Translations under genes and position numbers: made by a program
The notes under the pieces: generated by a model
The model's database searches: none
Told to the model about the DNA's origin: nothing
Seen by the model: the letters and a program-made list of their open reading frames with translations, nothing else
Virus record (IMG/VR): IMGVR_UViG_3300037069_000805
Location: 40,241-104,240 of that record
Reading direction: 5' to 3' (one strand)
From: a virus
DNA: 64,000 bases
In this document: positions 31,653 through 42,441 of the stretch, piece after piece
Layout: each line of letters opens with the position of its first letter
Numbering within the stretch: the stretch's first letter is position 1

Positions 31653-32237
31653 TTAGATTTTAATTAGATAATAATTTCCAAGTTCAGTAGTTTTTTCGTC
31701 TAATTTTTTAAAATTCTTAGATTTATAATTTATAGATTTGCAGAATTCTTGTTGTGAATTAAATATACCAAAATCTTCTTTAGTAATCTTATTAATAACT
31801 TGAATTTTTATTCTTCTACTACTTTTCTGTAATCCTTTTTTACCAGAATTCCAACTTGGTTTGTTTGTTTTTATTCCTTTTCTAGGACTTATTTTTCCTT
31901 TATGAGAATCTGATAATTTCTGTCGTAATTCATCTGATATTATTTTTTCAATTGTTCCACCAAATTCCATATTATAACCATTATATACTGAATTATACTC
32001 TTTAATATAATTAATTTCTTTAATATTTAATTCATTTATATTACAAAATTCTAAAATTTCAAAAGTAAAATAATTTAAAGTATATTTATTATAAGAGTTT
32101 TGTAATTTAATATTATAATGTATGTTATTTTTTAACATTCTTTTATGAGCATTTAGTCTTAAATTAATATTATTAGATTGTCCAATATAAACTTTATTAT
32201 TAGTTATATTTTTTATAATATAAATTCCTGATTTCAT
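31653..32237 (-). CDS. GIY-YIG homing endonuclease
   Basis: SGIYIIKN..VYIGQS, GYNMEFGG, KLSDSHKG, PSWNSG. Confidence 0.85.
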   Translation of the reverse strand: MKSGIYIIKNITNNKVYIGQSNNINLRLNAHKRMLKNNIHYNIKLQNSYNKYTLNYFTFEILEFCNINELNIKEINYIKEYNSVYNGYNMEFGGTIEKIISDELRQKLSDSHKGKISPRKGIKTNKPSWNSGKKGLQKSSRRIKIQVINKITKEDFGIFNSQQEFCKSINYKSKNFKKLDEKTTELGNYYLIKI

Positions 32238-32692
32238 ATCTTACTTATTTGAAAATGCATACGATCAGGACGTCCTTGCCAGTCACCACCACAATCAAAA
32301 CCTGCATCTCTGAAACATTTAAGAAATCCTTCAGTAAATGGTTTTTTACCAAGTTTAATTAATTCATTATAAGATTTTCCTAATATATTATCTGAACTAT
32401 TCATATCTATAGCATAACCCCAACTATGTAATGACTGTGAATTTAATCCTTTTTTCTTTCTAATATTAAAACAACCATCCCATGTTTTTAATTCTTTTAC
32501 ATACCCTGTAGATATTAAATTTTTAAAAGCTTGAGTTAATGGTAATATCATTTCCTTATTACAATAAAGTTTTTTAGGTATTACACCTATTTCAAGTTCA
32601 GTAGGTATATCCCACATTATCATATAATTTCCTTCATCATTAGTTGTTAATGGATCTCCCCATTTATCAAAACATTGTTTACTTGTTACCAT
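32234..32692 (-). CDS. Endolysin, peptidase M15 family
   Basis: R..S.HSWGYAID and D.MHFQ zinc-peptidase motifs. Confidence 0.85.
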   Translation of the reverse strand: MVTSKQCFDKWGDPLTTNDEGNYMIMWDIPTELEIGVIPKKLYCNKEMILPLTQAFKNLISTGYVKELKTWDGCFNIRKKKGLNSQSLHSWGYAIDMNSSDNILGKSYNELIKLGKKPFTEGFLKCFRDAGFDCGGDWQGRPDRMHFQISKI

Positions 32693-32693
32693 T

Positions 32694-32987
32694 TTAACTC
32701 TTAATTAATGATGTTACTATTATTGTTACTATAACACCTATTGCTATAGAAACTACATATTTTAGTTGATTTATATATATTTTCTTTTCTATTAATTGAT
32801 CTTCTACATCATTTAATTTAATTTTAAGCTCAGTTACTTCTTGTTTAACATCTTTAAGTTCATGTATAAATCCTCTATTTCCATTTTCTTTATTTCCAAT
32901 TAATGCTGTAGATATATTAGATATATCTTTTTGTATTTCTTTTAAATGTTGTTCCACTAGATAAATTCTTTTATATGCTTCTTCCAT
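32694..32987 (-). CDS. Coiled-coil protein with C-terminal TM helix (holin/antiholin candidate)
   Basis: C-terminal VVSIAIGVIVTIIVTSLI; directly upstream of the endolysin. Confidence 0.5.
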   Translation of the reverse strand: MEEAYKRIYLVEQHLKEIQKDISNISTALIGNKENGNRGFIHELKDVKQEVTELKIKLNDVEDQLIEKKIYINQLKYVVSIAIGVIVTIIVTSLIKS

Positions 32988-33015
32988 TATTTATTTTATA
33001 TTGTTTTTCTTTTAT

Positions 33016-36000
33016 TTAAGGAATTACTACAAAATCAAATGCGACTGTTCCAGTTAATCCTGTTAAAAATACAACATCAAATGTTGTAGTTGTTTTATTT
33101 GTTATATAACATGGGGCAGCGGATAATACATTTAATGCTCCTGGTTGAGGAACTCTATAATTTGTATTAGCCATTGTAGTTCCAATAGTTACTGTGAATG
33201 TAGTAGTTGCAGTTCCAACTTGTGAAAAAGTTCCTCCTATTACTTGCTGGTCTAATTGTCTTTCAGTACCACCATTAGTTGCTGTATAAAATAAATGTGT
33301 TCCACTATTTCTAATACTTCCTGCTTCTGTGGTTGCTAAGGGTGAAGATGCATCTAATTTTAATTGTCCTGTTCCAGCTGTTGTTGAACCTGACGTTATA
33401 TGAACTATTGCTGTAGGAGTTGTAGTAGAACCAAACATAGCTTTACCACCTGTTTCATTTAAAAATAAATTAGATGCATAAATACTAAGGTCAGAACTGC
33501 TGTAGATTCTTGGGGCTCTTGCTCTTCTTGTATCTAATGTTAATGTATTACCTAAAGCAGTAGTTAATAATATAGAGGCATCAATAGATGCTGCCGATGT
33601 TTGTGAACCTCCTATAGTTAACTGAGAAATTCCTGTCAATGGATTTTTTATTGTTGTAGCACCTATTTTATCAATTTTAAAAGTAGATACTCCCCCAACT
33701 TGTAAATCCATTAATAAAGCAGCTGCTCCAGAGGCAGTATTGGTTACATTAAGTTTAATTCCTGTTGGGACTCCTGTAGTATTCCATGTCTGATTAAGTT
33801 CTAGTACAGAACCTGCAAGTGAACCTGAATTTGCATTTACAGTATCTGTAATAACCATCTTGGAAGAAGCTGTAGTTTGCCCTATAGCAATATTACCACT
33901 CGCTAACATTCTCATTATTTCAGTAGCTGAACTAGCTCCTCCAGCATTAAATGTAATAAAGCCACTGGCTCCAATTGCAGCTAATGCTAATTGTCCTGAT
34001 GTAGCCTCTGCATATAATGCAACACTATTTGCAGATAAATTAGTTGCAGCATTAACATAATTAGATGCTGTTGCTAAAAATTGTCCCATCAATCCAGTTG
34101 TAGGTACTCTGAAATCAATAGAAGCATAAGATGTTGTAGCTGTTCCATTAGAGGTTTGCTCTAATGTTAAACCTTTTCCAGAGCCACCATTACTTAATCC
34201 AAAGTGATGTCTATATAATGGAGTTATATTATATCCTGTATTAGTACCATCATCTTGAATAAGTGAATTAACTAATAAACCACTAGCAAATTTAACATGA
34301 AAATTGTTTGTACCACTATCAGCAATAGCGTTAATATTACCTGCAAGTTTTTGTATTGCACCTAATATACTATCACTCGAAACAATAGTACCTACACCAA
34401 TAGTATAACCAGTTAATGTAGAAGCAATTGTTCTTGCATTAGTATAATACAAATTACCTGATTCAGGAACTACAGAAGTATTAAGGGTTTGAAATGTTTT
34501 ATCTCCTCTCCAATATTGTAAAGTAGTTCCAGATGTAATTAAATTCTCTTTAAGAGCTAAATCAGTATCATCAGCTAATATACCATTTCTATCTTGTAAA
34601 GTATATAATCTATCAGCAGTTAATGTTGAGCTTCTAAATGTTCTTGTGAATCCAAGATTTGTTATCCAGGATAATCTTCCAGTTGTATCAGCAAATACTT
34701 TCATTAAACCTGTTGCTGGAGTACTTGGGGTTACACTTTGTGAAGGTAATCCAATATATCCTGCTCCAGCTAAACCAGTAATACTACCTCCTATTAATGG
34801 AAAATATCTTGTATCTCCAGTGGTTGTAGTTAAAAATCCACTAGGATTTCCAGTTAAAGGATAAGCATCTGTTATACCATATCCTGATAATGTAGTTGGT
34901 GTTCCTGTTATTTTAGTCCATGCAACATCATTAATCATTGAATTAACAACTTGTAAGGAACCTATACTAAACACATTACCAGTAAGAGTTAAACCTGTAC
35001 CATTTGTATAAGTCCCTGCTCCTGAAATTTGTACATAAGATACTGGATCTGTCCCTAAAGTATTTATACTATTAGATTGAGTCCATTGGGTATTTTTAAG
35101 AGTAGTACCATTTTGTATTAATACTGTGCTTGCTTCTACTTCAGCAGCACTATCTGCATCAACTACTCTAGTCCATGCACCTGCATTTACCTGATAAATA
35201 CCATTATTTTGTGATAATATTTGATTTTTTACAAGTACTCTATTACCTACTACTAATACTATTCCATCAATTGTTTGAGTTCCTGATAAAGTTATATTTG
35301 TAGTTGTACCTGCTCTAACAGCATTTTTCCAAGTAATGCCTGTAATAATATTATCAAAGTAAGTTTTATTAATTAAATCAAATGCACCAACTGGAGTAAT
35401 AGGTTGCACTATAGCTCCACTCATAGTTCCTCCTGATAATGGAAGATAAGTTGTTGAAATTCCAGCTAACTGTATATGTTCTGCTGGACTTAATAAACCT
35501 GCATTTGTATTTGTAGAAAGTGGCAGTATTGCATCAGTTCCTGTATCGCTGTTTACTATACCATTAGTTGGACTAGCAGTATAAGTAAGATTTGTAACAC
35601 CTGTAGTTGAAATATTTAAATTACCATTATTATCAAATAAATTACCATTTATAGATAATCCTAGATTATAATCTCCATCTAATAATGGAGTTGGAACTAA
35701 TATTTCAGAATTAGATATTGGGGATTGAAATCTAAAAATTGTTCCTTTTGTTGTTGTAATATTTGCAGTTGATATTATTATTTCTCCAGAATTAATAGTA
35801 AAAGAACTTTGTATATTAACTTCATTATCATTTCTTTCTCCAAATAATTCAACAAAATTTGGAATTAAAAGAATACTTGTTATATTTAAATCTAATCCTG
35901 CATCTCCAAATTCTGTATGTCTTTGATATTGTCCAAATCCATCAATATAACTATCAAATAAAGTACTTTTACCGTCTATACTTGTAACTTCTCCATAAGG

Positions 36001-36546
36001 ATATATTTCACCACCATTATTATATACTGATTGTAAATTTTGTGGTATAGGTAAATCTGAAATCATAGCAAAAGTTCCACCAATACCTAATTTATTTGGT
36101 AAATGAAACAATTCATCGTTTACTCCTAAATTCTCAGCATCAATAATAGCTTTCCCTAAATTATTTCCAACATCTTGTATAAATAAAGTACCATCAGTAA
36201 GTCCTATATTTTTTCCAGTAATTTGACTTAATTGAAATCCACTATTTCCATCTAAACTTATAAAACCAGCTATTGAACCTGTAATAAGAAAACCTCCTGC
36301 ATTTAATGTAAATATATCAGATAGATCTTCAAAAGTATTACCTTGTTCACATACATTTTGTAAATTTTGTAATGCTGGTAAATCAGATGATGTTAAATAT
36401 CCTGCAGGATTGGTTGTTAATGGATAAAAATTATTATCTAAATAATCTATTAGATCTATTTGATTTAATATATTTCCAGTTATTGAACCCCAAATAGAGG
36501 AACCTGATCCGTTATTTCGACCTAAAAAATTATCTATATATGCCAT
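33016..36546 (-). CDS. Tail fibre / receptor-binding protein (1176 aa)
   Basis: Thr/Gly-rich; YLPLSGGTMSG, LSGTQTIDG..RVLVKNQ, PTTLSGYGITDA, NLYYTNAR fibre motifs. Confidence 0.8.
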   Translation of the reverse strand: MAYIDNFLGRNNGSGSSIWGSITGNILNQIDLIDYLDNNFYPLTTNPAGYLTSSDLPALQNLQNVCEQGNTFEDLSDIFTLNAGGFLITGSIAGFISLDGNSGFQLSQITGKNIGLTDGTLFIQDVGNNLGKAIIDAENLGVNDELFHLPNKLGIGGTFAMISDLPIPQNLQSVYNNGGEIYPYGEVTSIDGKSTLFDSYIDGFGQYQRHTEFGDAGLDLNITSILLIPNFVELFGERNDNEVNIQSSFTINSGEIIISTANITTTKGTIFRFQSPISNSEILVPTPLLDGDYNLGLSINGNLFDNNGNLNISTTGVTNLTYTASPTNGIVNSDTGTDAILPLSTNTNAGLLSPAEHIQLAGISTTYLPLSGGTMSGAIVQPITPVGAFDLINKTYFDNIITGITWKNAVRAGTTTNITLSGTQTIDGIVLVVGNRVLVKNQILSQNNGIYQVNAGAWTRVVDADSAAEVEASTVLIQNGTTLKNTQWTQSNSINTLGTDPVSYVQISGAGTYTNGTGLTLTGNVFSIGSLQVVNSMINDVAWTKITGTPTTLSGYGITDAYPLTGNPSGFLTTTTGDTRYFPLIGGSITGLAGAGYIGLPSQSVTPSTPATGLMKVFADTTGRLSWITNLGFTRTFRSSTLTADRLYTLQDRNGILADDTDLALKENLITSGTTLQYWRGDKTFQTLNTSVVPESGNLYYTNARTIASTLTGYTIGVGTIVSSDSILGAIQKLAGNINAIADSGTNNFHVKFASGLLVNSLIQDDGTNTGYNITPLYRHHFGLSNGGSGKGLTLEQTSNGTATTSYASIDFRVPTTGLMGQFLATASNYVNAATNLSANSVALYAEATSGQLALAAIGASGFITFNAGGASSATEIMRMLASGNIAIGQTTASSKMVITDTVNANSGSLAGSVLELNQTWNTTGVPTGIKLNVTNTASGAAALLMDLQVGGVSTFKIDKIGATTIKNPLTGISQLTIGGSQTSAASIDASILLTTALGNTLTLDTRRARAPRIYSSSDLSIYASNLFLNETGGKAMFGSTTTPTAIVHITSGSTTAGTGQLKLDASSPLATTEAGSIRNSGTHLFYTATNGGTERQLDQQVIGGTFSQVGTATTTFTVTIGTTMANTNYRVPQPGALNVLSAAPCYITNKTTTTFDVVFLTGLTGTVAFDFVVIP

Positions 36547-36547
36547 A

Positions 36548-36952
36548 TTATGGGTTTTCTATTAAGTATTCTACTACTACTGTACTACCTGCTTTAGCAG
36601 TAAATACAACAGATGTTTGATTTAATGTAGTATATTCTGTATTTAATACAGTACCTGTTGGATAAGTTACTATAGTTGAAGATATTTGTTGTGTTATATT
36701 TCCATTAATTACCATTATTGATATTGAATGAAATGAATTTACTGGATATGATACAATAGTATCTGATACTGGCTCATATACTTCTTGTATAAGTGTATCA
36801 TAATGAGCACCTCCATTTGCACAACTATTAACTGCAGCAACTAATTCTACAAGTAATCTTAAATCACTATTTTTTATTTTATTACAATCTTGAAAAGCTA
36901 TTAAAAGCTCATTAATTGTTTGAGAAATTTCATTACATTGTATTGTTGCCAT
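36548..36952 (-). CDS. Hypothetical tail-associated protein
   Basis: ORF track; position in the fibre cluster. Confidence 0.55.
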   Translation of the reverse strand: MATIQCNEISQTINELLIAFQDCNKIKNSDLRLLVELVAAVNSCANGGAHYDTLIQEVYEPVSDTIVSYPVNSFHSISIMVINGNITQQISSTIVTYPTGTVLNTEYTTLNQTSVVFTAKAGSTVVVEYLIENP

Positions 36953-36965
36953 ATTTATATTTTAA

Positions 36966-37934
36966 TTATAATTTCATTATTCTCACTCTAACCACGGATG
37001 GTTGCATATTATTAATTGCTGTAGGAGAAGAATTTCCAATTGAATTAGCAAATGTAGCATTACCATTAGGACTAGAATCACCTGCTACTACATAAGTAGG
37101 AGTTGGAGTTCCTCCACCTGCTTGAGAAACTGGAACTGTAAGATTTAATTTTGGTATATTAGCTGCAGCTAATGTAATATTTTCTACTCCAACAACTGCG
37201 CCTATAGTAGGAAAACTATCACCATAAGCTATAACAGCTAATCCAGTATCATTTGGAGTTCCATTATTACCATTCATAATTGCCCACCCAAGTCTTAGAT
37301 TTTTACCCAATCCTGTTGTAGGACCAGTAGTTACAAAATTTGCTGCAAGATAAGTATTATCTATTACTATTTCTTTTGTATCATATTGTAATGATTCTAA
37401 ATCTGTACCAGGATTACCTTGAGGTCCTTTAATATTTGTTTGAACTATATATGAACCTGATAATTTTTTATAAACATCTCCATTCGTGTTATTTAAATAA
37501 TAATCATTATCTACACCTAATCCATTACTAGGTGCACCAGCTCCATTTCTCCATGTTGCTCCATTTTCCCCAGCTGGTCCAGGTGGTAATGTACCTATTT
37601 CATCTGCTAAATTATCAGTTGTAATTTGAGTTACTTGAAAGAAATTATATCTTTTAAGAGAATAATCTACTCCAAATACTATTATATTATCTGGATATAT
37701 AAAATCGGTAGGAACTAATCCTGTATTTTCTTCACCAGATGCAACTTCTCTCCATACATAATTAGTTTTTTCTTTAAAACAATATACATTTAAATTATTA
37801 TAGTATGTATATGCAAAATTATTGTCTATCCCTAAATCAGCTAATATAGATTCTTCAAAACAATAAGTTTTTGTATCTAAAGGTATTTGTGCAGGTATTT
37901 TTAATCCTGTTGGTATATTTGTAAAATTAGCCAT
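36966..37934 (-). CDS. Fibre protein with short collagen-like segments and collar-like C-terminus
   Basis: GPAGENG, GPQGNPG, DYYLNNTNGDVYKK, GWAIMNG..NNMQPS. Confidence 0.7.
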   Translation of the reverse strand: MANFTNIPTGLKIPAQIPLDTKTYCFEESILADLGIDNNFAYTYYNNLNVYCFKEKTNYVWREVASGEENTGLVPTDFIYPDNIIVFGVDYSLKRYNFFQVTQITTDNLADEIGTLPPGPAGENGATWRNGAGAPSNGLGVDNDYYLNNTNGDVYKKLSGSYIVQTNIKGPQGNPGTDLESLQYDTKEIVIDNTYLAANFVTTGPTTGLGKNLRLGWAIMNGNNGTPNDTGLAVIAYGDSFPTIGAVVGVENITLAAANIPKLNLTVPVSQAGGGTPTPTYVVAGDSSPNGNATFANSIGNSSPTAINNMQPSVVRVRIMKL

Positions 37935-37936
37935 AA

Positions 37937-38404
37937 TTAATTGTATACTCTAAATTCAACGAAAAGATTATATATAATTTCATCTGTTCCAATATCATCT
38001 ACATATGTAAATAATCTAATACGTGTTGCATCAAATCTATCTGTATATGCTTGCCAAAATTGACCTGCGGGTCCATGATTAATAATATGTCTTTCAGGTA
38101 AACATAATGTTTTATTTACTATAAAGGTATTACCACCACTAATTGTTGCAAAATAATCTCCTGCAAAATTACGAGTCCAAGTTATTGTACCTAATGTATT
38201 TTCAAAAACTGTAGCTACTGGTGCTGCAGTTCCTGTTTGTGTTAAGAATGCAGTATATACTTTATATGGACGTTTTTCTTGATCAACATAATCAACTACA
38301 TCTTTCATTCTTGTTCCTACATTAGTAGGTGAGATACTAGATGCTGTTACTTTATCTGTAATATCTGTATCAATATTTGTTTTTATTTCTGTACTAGTTT
38401 CCAT
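37937..38404 (-). CDS. Hypothetical fibre-associated protein
   Basis: PYKVYTAFLTQTGTAAP..ENTLG..EFRVYN; fibre cluster. Confidence 0.55.
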   Translation of the reverse strand: METSTEIKTNIDTDITDKVTASSISPTNVGTRMKDVVDYVDQEKRPYKVYTAFLTQTGTAAPVATVFENTLGTITWTRNFAGDYFATISGGNTFIVNKTLCLPERHIINHGPAGQFWQAYTDRFDATRIRLFTYVDDIGTDEIIYNLFVEFRVYN

Positions 38405-39108
38405 TAGTTAAATATATTATTAAAGATACTATTAAATATTCCATTATCAAATATATCTGTTGTTTTTTTAATTTTAAATTCCATAGTTCCATGACTATAA
38501 AAATTTTGAGATACAAATAATATTGTATTAATTGAATCTATATATACTCTATCAAAAGTATGTGTAACATCATTATTCATTGAATCATATATTTTATATG
38601 TATCTGTATCAATAGCTTCTATTATAGCAAAACATATTCTACCAATATTAATATAATTAATATCTTTTCCAATTTCCAATATTTCTTTAGTATAAAAAGG
38701 TTTATTTGAAAAATATCCCTGATTATCTATAAGAGAAATAATATTTTCTATAGTAGTATTAATACTTTCTTCTTGCCAATAATATATCTTATCAGTTACT
38801 GGATAATCATTACAATCTACTGAATCAGCCTGAAAGAATGGTGTTTTATATACATTCTCATATACTTCAATAGGAGTAGTGTGACAAATATTAACAGAAT
38901 GAAAATACATAGTTCTATATAAACTCATTAATTGTTTTCTTTCAATATCATTTAAGTCAAGACAACAGCCAGCTAAAAGTTTATAGATTGTATTAAAAAG
39001 ATATAAATCTGTAGATTCAAGTCTTCCTGTCATTCTACCAGTATTATATACTTTATTCAATGAACTAATGATTATAGAAGTATGATTTTTTTCATTTATT
39101 TCTATCAT
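38404..39108 (-). CDS. Tail hub-like protein
   Basis: Synteny after the auxiliary capsid and Cys-rich gene; translationally coupled. Confidence 0.45.
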   Translation of the reverse strand: MIEINEKNHTSIIISSLNKVYNTGRMTGRLESTDLYLFNTIYKLLAGCCLDLNDIERKQLMSLYRTMYFHSVNICHTTPIEVYENVYKTPFFQADSVDCNDYPVTDKIYYWQEESINTTIENIISLIDNQGYFSNKPFYTKEILEIGKDINYINIGRICFAIIEAIDTDTYKIYDSMNNDVTHTFDRVYIDSINTILFVSQNFYSHGTMEFKIKKTTDIFDNGIFNSIFNNIFN

Positions 39109-39686
39109 TATAGTATTTGTTTAAATTGACTACATGTGTTACATATTACTGGTTTACATCCTGTACAATTTTCTAATCCACATAATTTTTTTAATTGTTT
39201 TATATTATCAATTGCTTGTAGATAATATCCCAAATCTAAAGATTTTTCAATTGAATCTATTAGGAGGTTAATTGTAATTAATAAATTTTTAGATTGTAAA
39301 TTATTACATGTTATACAGTCTGTTATTTCAGCTTTTAATAAATAATTTAACATACATTGATAATATGGTAAAATATTATAAGTTATTCCTAATGCAGGAA
39401 TTAAACATGTACTACATTCTTCAGAAGGTTGATCTGTTTCTAATTCAATGAAATAAATATCCTCAAATTTAAGAATCCCTAATTCATTAGCTGAAACAAT
39501 AAATACTTCTTTATTATTAACATTTTCTAATTTATAATTTAAATTAGTTGCTAAAGTATAATCTTTAAAAGTATCTATATTCCAAAGTAGTATAGATGTT
39601 ATACTATAACCAACACCAGTTTCAACATCTATTGCTAATTGTTGTCCACTATTAATTATTTGAAAATTGTTTATATTTATAGCCAT
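39108..39686 (-). CDS. Tail hub-like protein with Cys-rich tail
   Basis: Multiple CxxC, C-terminal LCGLENCTGCKPVICNTC; synteny. Confidence 0.5.
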   Translation of the reverse strand: MAININNFQIINSGQQLAIDVETGVGYSITSILLWNIDTFKDYTLATNLNYKLENVNNKEVFIVSANELGILKFEDIYFIELETDQPSEECSTCLIPALGITYNILPYYQCMLNYLLKAEITDCITCNNLQSKNLLITINLLIDSIEKSLDLGYYLQAIDNIKQLKKLCGLENCTGCKPVICNTCSQFKQIL

Positions 39687-39702
39687 TATTAATTTTTTGG
39701 AT

Positions 39703-39735
39703 AAAAAAAAGAGGAAAGGAAAATCCCCTCCTCTT
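39703..39735 (-). terminator. Intrinsic terminator
   Basis: AAGAGGAGGGGA-TTT-TCCTTTCCTCTT + T-tract after the auxiliary capsid gene. Confidence 0.75.
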
Positions 39736-39756
39736 CTTTGAGTTTAATTTATTTTA

Positions 39757-40761
39757 TTAAGTTGTAGCTAAATTAGCTGGTACTGTAGCATTTGTTCCAA
39801 CTGCAGTTCTAATTCTTGTTAGAATTGTATTTGTAGCTGCATTATTTGCTGGTAAATCAGTTCCTTTATCAATTGCAATTGTAAGTACTTTATATTGTCT
39901 TTCAACTGATGTTTCTACTCTTGGAGTATAATATCTAATATGTATAACATTATTAAGACTTGTTGCAGATGCATAATACGGTGTTGCAAAATCCGCAGGA
40001 TAACCTACTTGTCTTGCTGGATCATATTTATAACCTTTACAGAACCATTCATAATTAAGAAGCCATTTAGCTGTTCCACTACCAGGATTGTTTCCAACAG
40101 TAGTAGTTGCAGTTAATAAACCTGTATTTTGAGTAATAGTAGTTAAATCAAATGCATTAGGGAAAGTTTTCACTATTACATCAAATTGAATTTGTCTACC
40201 ATCAATTTTTCCAGGAACAACATTTTGTGCTTTACCTGTAATAGTAAACCCAACAGGAGAAGAAGTAGTTGCAGTTACAAATTCTGAATCACCTCTTTTA
40301 ATTAATTGCTTTCTTAATGAACTTAAAAGTCCATCTCTGATAGCTGTATCAGTTTCTGCAGAAGCTCCTGTTACATAAAATCCTTGAATAGTATCAAAGT
40401 TTTCAGGAGATAAACCACTACCACTATACAATCTAATAGCTACTTCATAAGTAGTATTAGCTAATGCATTTCCTGTAAATCCTGCAACTGCTACAGATTT
40501 TTGTACTTCAGCTGCATATGTAGATAAAGTAATCTTTTCAACATATTTAGGGTCTACAATATCAGAGAATTCATATCCTCCAATTGCTGCAGCTGCTTTC
40601 TGTAGTACTTTAAAAGGTACATTAGCTGCTACTGCAGCCCCATTTCCAGATACAACTGTAAGTTCTTTATCATCGGCTGTTGCAACGAATGTTTGTGCAG
40701 TTGTTTCTGTTGCTGCAGCATTACCAATCATTACTTCACCTACTTGGTTTGGTCCAAACAT
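39757..40761 (-). CDS. Auxiliary capsid protein (crAss001 gp36-like)
   Basis: 334 aa, Ala/Thr-rich; EWFCKG..GYP motif; position after ring gene, followed by terminator. Confidence 0.65.
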   Translation of the reverse strand: MFGPNQVGEVMIGNAAATETTAQTFVATADDKELTVVSGNGAAVAANVPFKVLQKAAAAIGGYEFSDIVDPKYVEKITLSTYAAEVQKSVAVAGFTGNALANTTYEVAIRLYSGSGLSPENFDTIQGFYVTGASAETDTAIRDGLLSSLRKQLIKRGDSEFVTATTSSPVGFTITGKAQNVVPGKIDGRQIQFDVIVKTFPNAFDLTTITQNTGLLTATTTVGNNPGSGTAKWLLNYEWFCKGYKYDPARQVGYPADFATPYYASATSLNNVIHIRYYTPRVETSVERQYKVLTIAIDKGTDLPANNAATNTILTRIRTAVGTNATVPANLATT

Positions 40762-40787
40762 AATTTATTTATTTTTTATTTATATTA

Positions 40788-41519
40788 TTATTCATTTCTT
40801 TGATCAAGCTGGATTTTACTTTCCAGTCCAGATGGTTTATAATCTCTTAAAGCGAGCTCTACAGCTCTATCTAATATTTCTTCATGTATTCCTTGATACA
40901 ATTCACAATTTGTTGGTGTAGATAAACCATCAATGGTTAAATTTTCACCTGGAAATAATGAATTTAAATCTGAAAGAATAATTGGTTTTGGATATTTTAT
41001 ATATCTAATCTTATAATCAATTATATTGATTGGAGATATTAATTCAACTACATTTTTATTTTCAATCTTAGATATATTTAATCTCCAAATGGTTGAATAA
41101 TCTGGATTTTTAAAAGGATTATCTGATTGAATATTAAATTCATCGTGTGTTTTTGGAACAACATTTGGTTGTTTAGTAATACAGGTATTATCTAATGTAA
41201 CAGTTTCATATACTATTAAAAAAACATCATCCGGAATAATAAAAAATTTAGAATTATTAGATAAACCATTAAAAGAAACTATTTGTGTGTTAGAAGTATA
41301 AGTTTTTATTAATTCTTTTAAATCTACACGTCTTTTTTCTGAATCTTCAAATCCTTCTTTATATTTATTTCCACCTGGATTATAATAATTTTTTATTATT
41401 TCTTGTTGTGCTTTAGTTAGATATATACTAATTTCGTAATCATCAAACCCTGGAGCACTCTGAGAAGCAATTGCATTATAATAAATATTAAATTTATTTT
41501 TAAATTCAGACAAATTCAT
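40788..41519 (-). CDS. Tail ring protein paralog
   Basis: APGFDDYEISIYLTKAQ, GFEDSEKRRVDL, RYIKYPKPIIL, HEEILDRAVELA. Confidence 0.7.
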   Translation of the reverse strand: MNLSEFKNKFNIYYNAIASQSAPGFDDYEISIYLTKAQQEIIKNYYNPGGNKYKEGFEDSEKRRVDLKELIKTYTSNTQIVSFNGLSNNSKFFIIPDDVFLIVYETVTLDNTCITKQPNVVPKTHDEFNIQSDNPFKNPDYSTIWRLNISKIENKNVVELISPINIIDYKIRYIKYPKPIILSDLNSLFPGENLTIDGLSTPTNCELYQGIHEEILDRAVELALRDYKPSGLESKIQLDQRNE

Positions 41520-41521
41520 AA

Positions 41522-42370
41522 TTATTTACTTTTTGAAAGCTTAGCTTCTATTAATGACCTTACATCTTGATGTTTAGGATTATCTAAGTATTTAACAGCA
41601 TTATCAAAAGATGGAGATTGTCCACCTTCACACAAATCTAATCCATCTATTGTTGAATATTTATTACCTTTTCTAGTAATAATTTTATTATCTACTCCAA
41701 ATTGAATTAATAATTTAGTATCTAATGAATCATCTTTAACTAAATCTAAAAAAGCTTTTGGTTTAGAATCAAGAAATTCTCCAACTTGTCTTTGTACCCA
41801 TCCTAATGTAGAATCTTCAGAAATTGGTTTGTTAGTAAGTAAACTTAAAATTGCAGTTAATTTTTCTTTATTATCTTTAATTTTACTATAAAGTTTAAAA
41901 GCTTCTTCTTTATTATCAAATTTATTATTTTGTTCTATTACTTCTTCATCTTCACTAGTTATAACAAATTGATAAGTTTGTTTTTTATCTCTGTCTTTCC
42001 AACTTGGTGCAACATCATCTTTTAAACATAAAAGAATTTTGTAGGATATATAATCTATAGGATTTCTTAAATCTAATAAATTATCATCTTTATATAGTGA
42101 AACAAAATGGTCATACCAGAAGTCACCATAAACAGATAAATTTAAACCTGTTTCATTTTCTAAAAATTTCTTTTCATCATTAGTTAAAATATTTGCTAAA
42201 GAACCATTTTTTAATAATGGTAATTGAAATTTTTTAACTGCTCCAGAAAGCATTCCTCCTGAAATAACATGGTCTTCTCCTACATTTGAAGCCATTCCTT
42301 TTTTTCTTTTAATATATTTTACTACTACAGTTTTATTTGGTAGTGTAAAACCTTTTATTGTATCTTCCAT
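41522..42370 (-). CDS. Conserved crAss-like protein downstream of the MCP
   Basis: LDLRNPIDYI motif; synteny directly after MCP. Confidence 0.6.
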   Translation of the reverse strand: MEDTIKGFTLPNKTVVVKYIKRKKGMASNVGEDHVISGGMLSGAVKKFQLPLLKNGSLANILTNDEKKFLENETGLNLSVYGDFWYDHFVSLYKDDNLLDLRNPIDYISYKILLCLKDDVAPSWKDRDKKQTYQFVITSEDEEVIEQNNKFDNKEEAFKLYSKIKDNKEKLTAILSLLTNKPISEDSTLGWVQRQVGEFLDSKPKAFLDLVKDDSLDTKLLIQFGVDNKIITRKGNKYSTIDGLDLCEGGQSPSFDNAVKYLDNPKHQDVRSLIEAKLSKSK

Positions 42371-42406
42371 TTTTTATTTAATTTCTCCCGTATTAATATT
42401 TTTATT

Positions 42407-42425
42407 AAAAGGGGCTTTCGCCCCT
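42407..42425 (-). terminator. Intrinsic terminator after MCP
   Basis: AGGGGC-GAAA-GCCCCT-TTT with a short U-tract. Confidence 0.8.
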
Positions 42426-42441
42426 AATAAGTATTTTTGTT

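Noticed and set aside
33016-38404. Diversity-generating retroelement or invertible fibre cassette
   Set aside because: No reverse transcriptase, recombinase, TR/VR pair or inverted gene segments visible in this window
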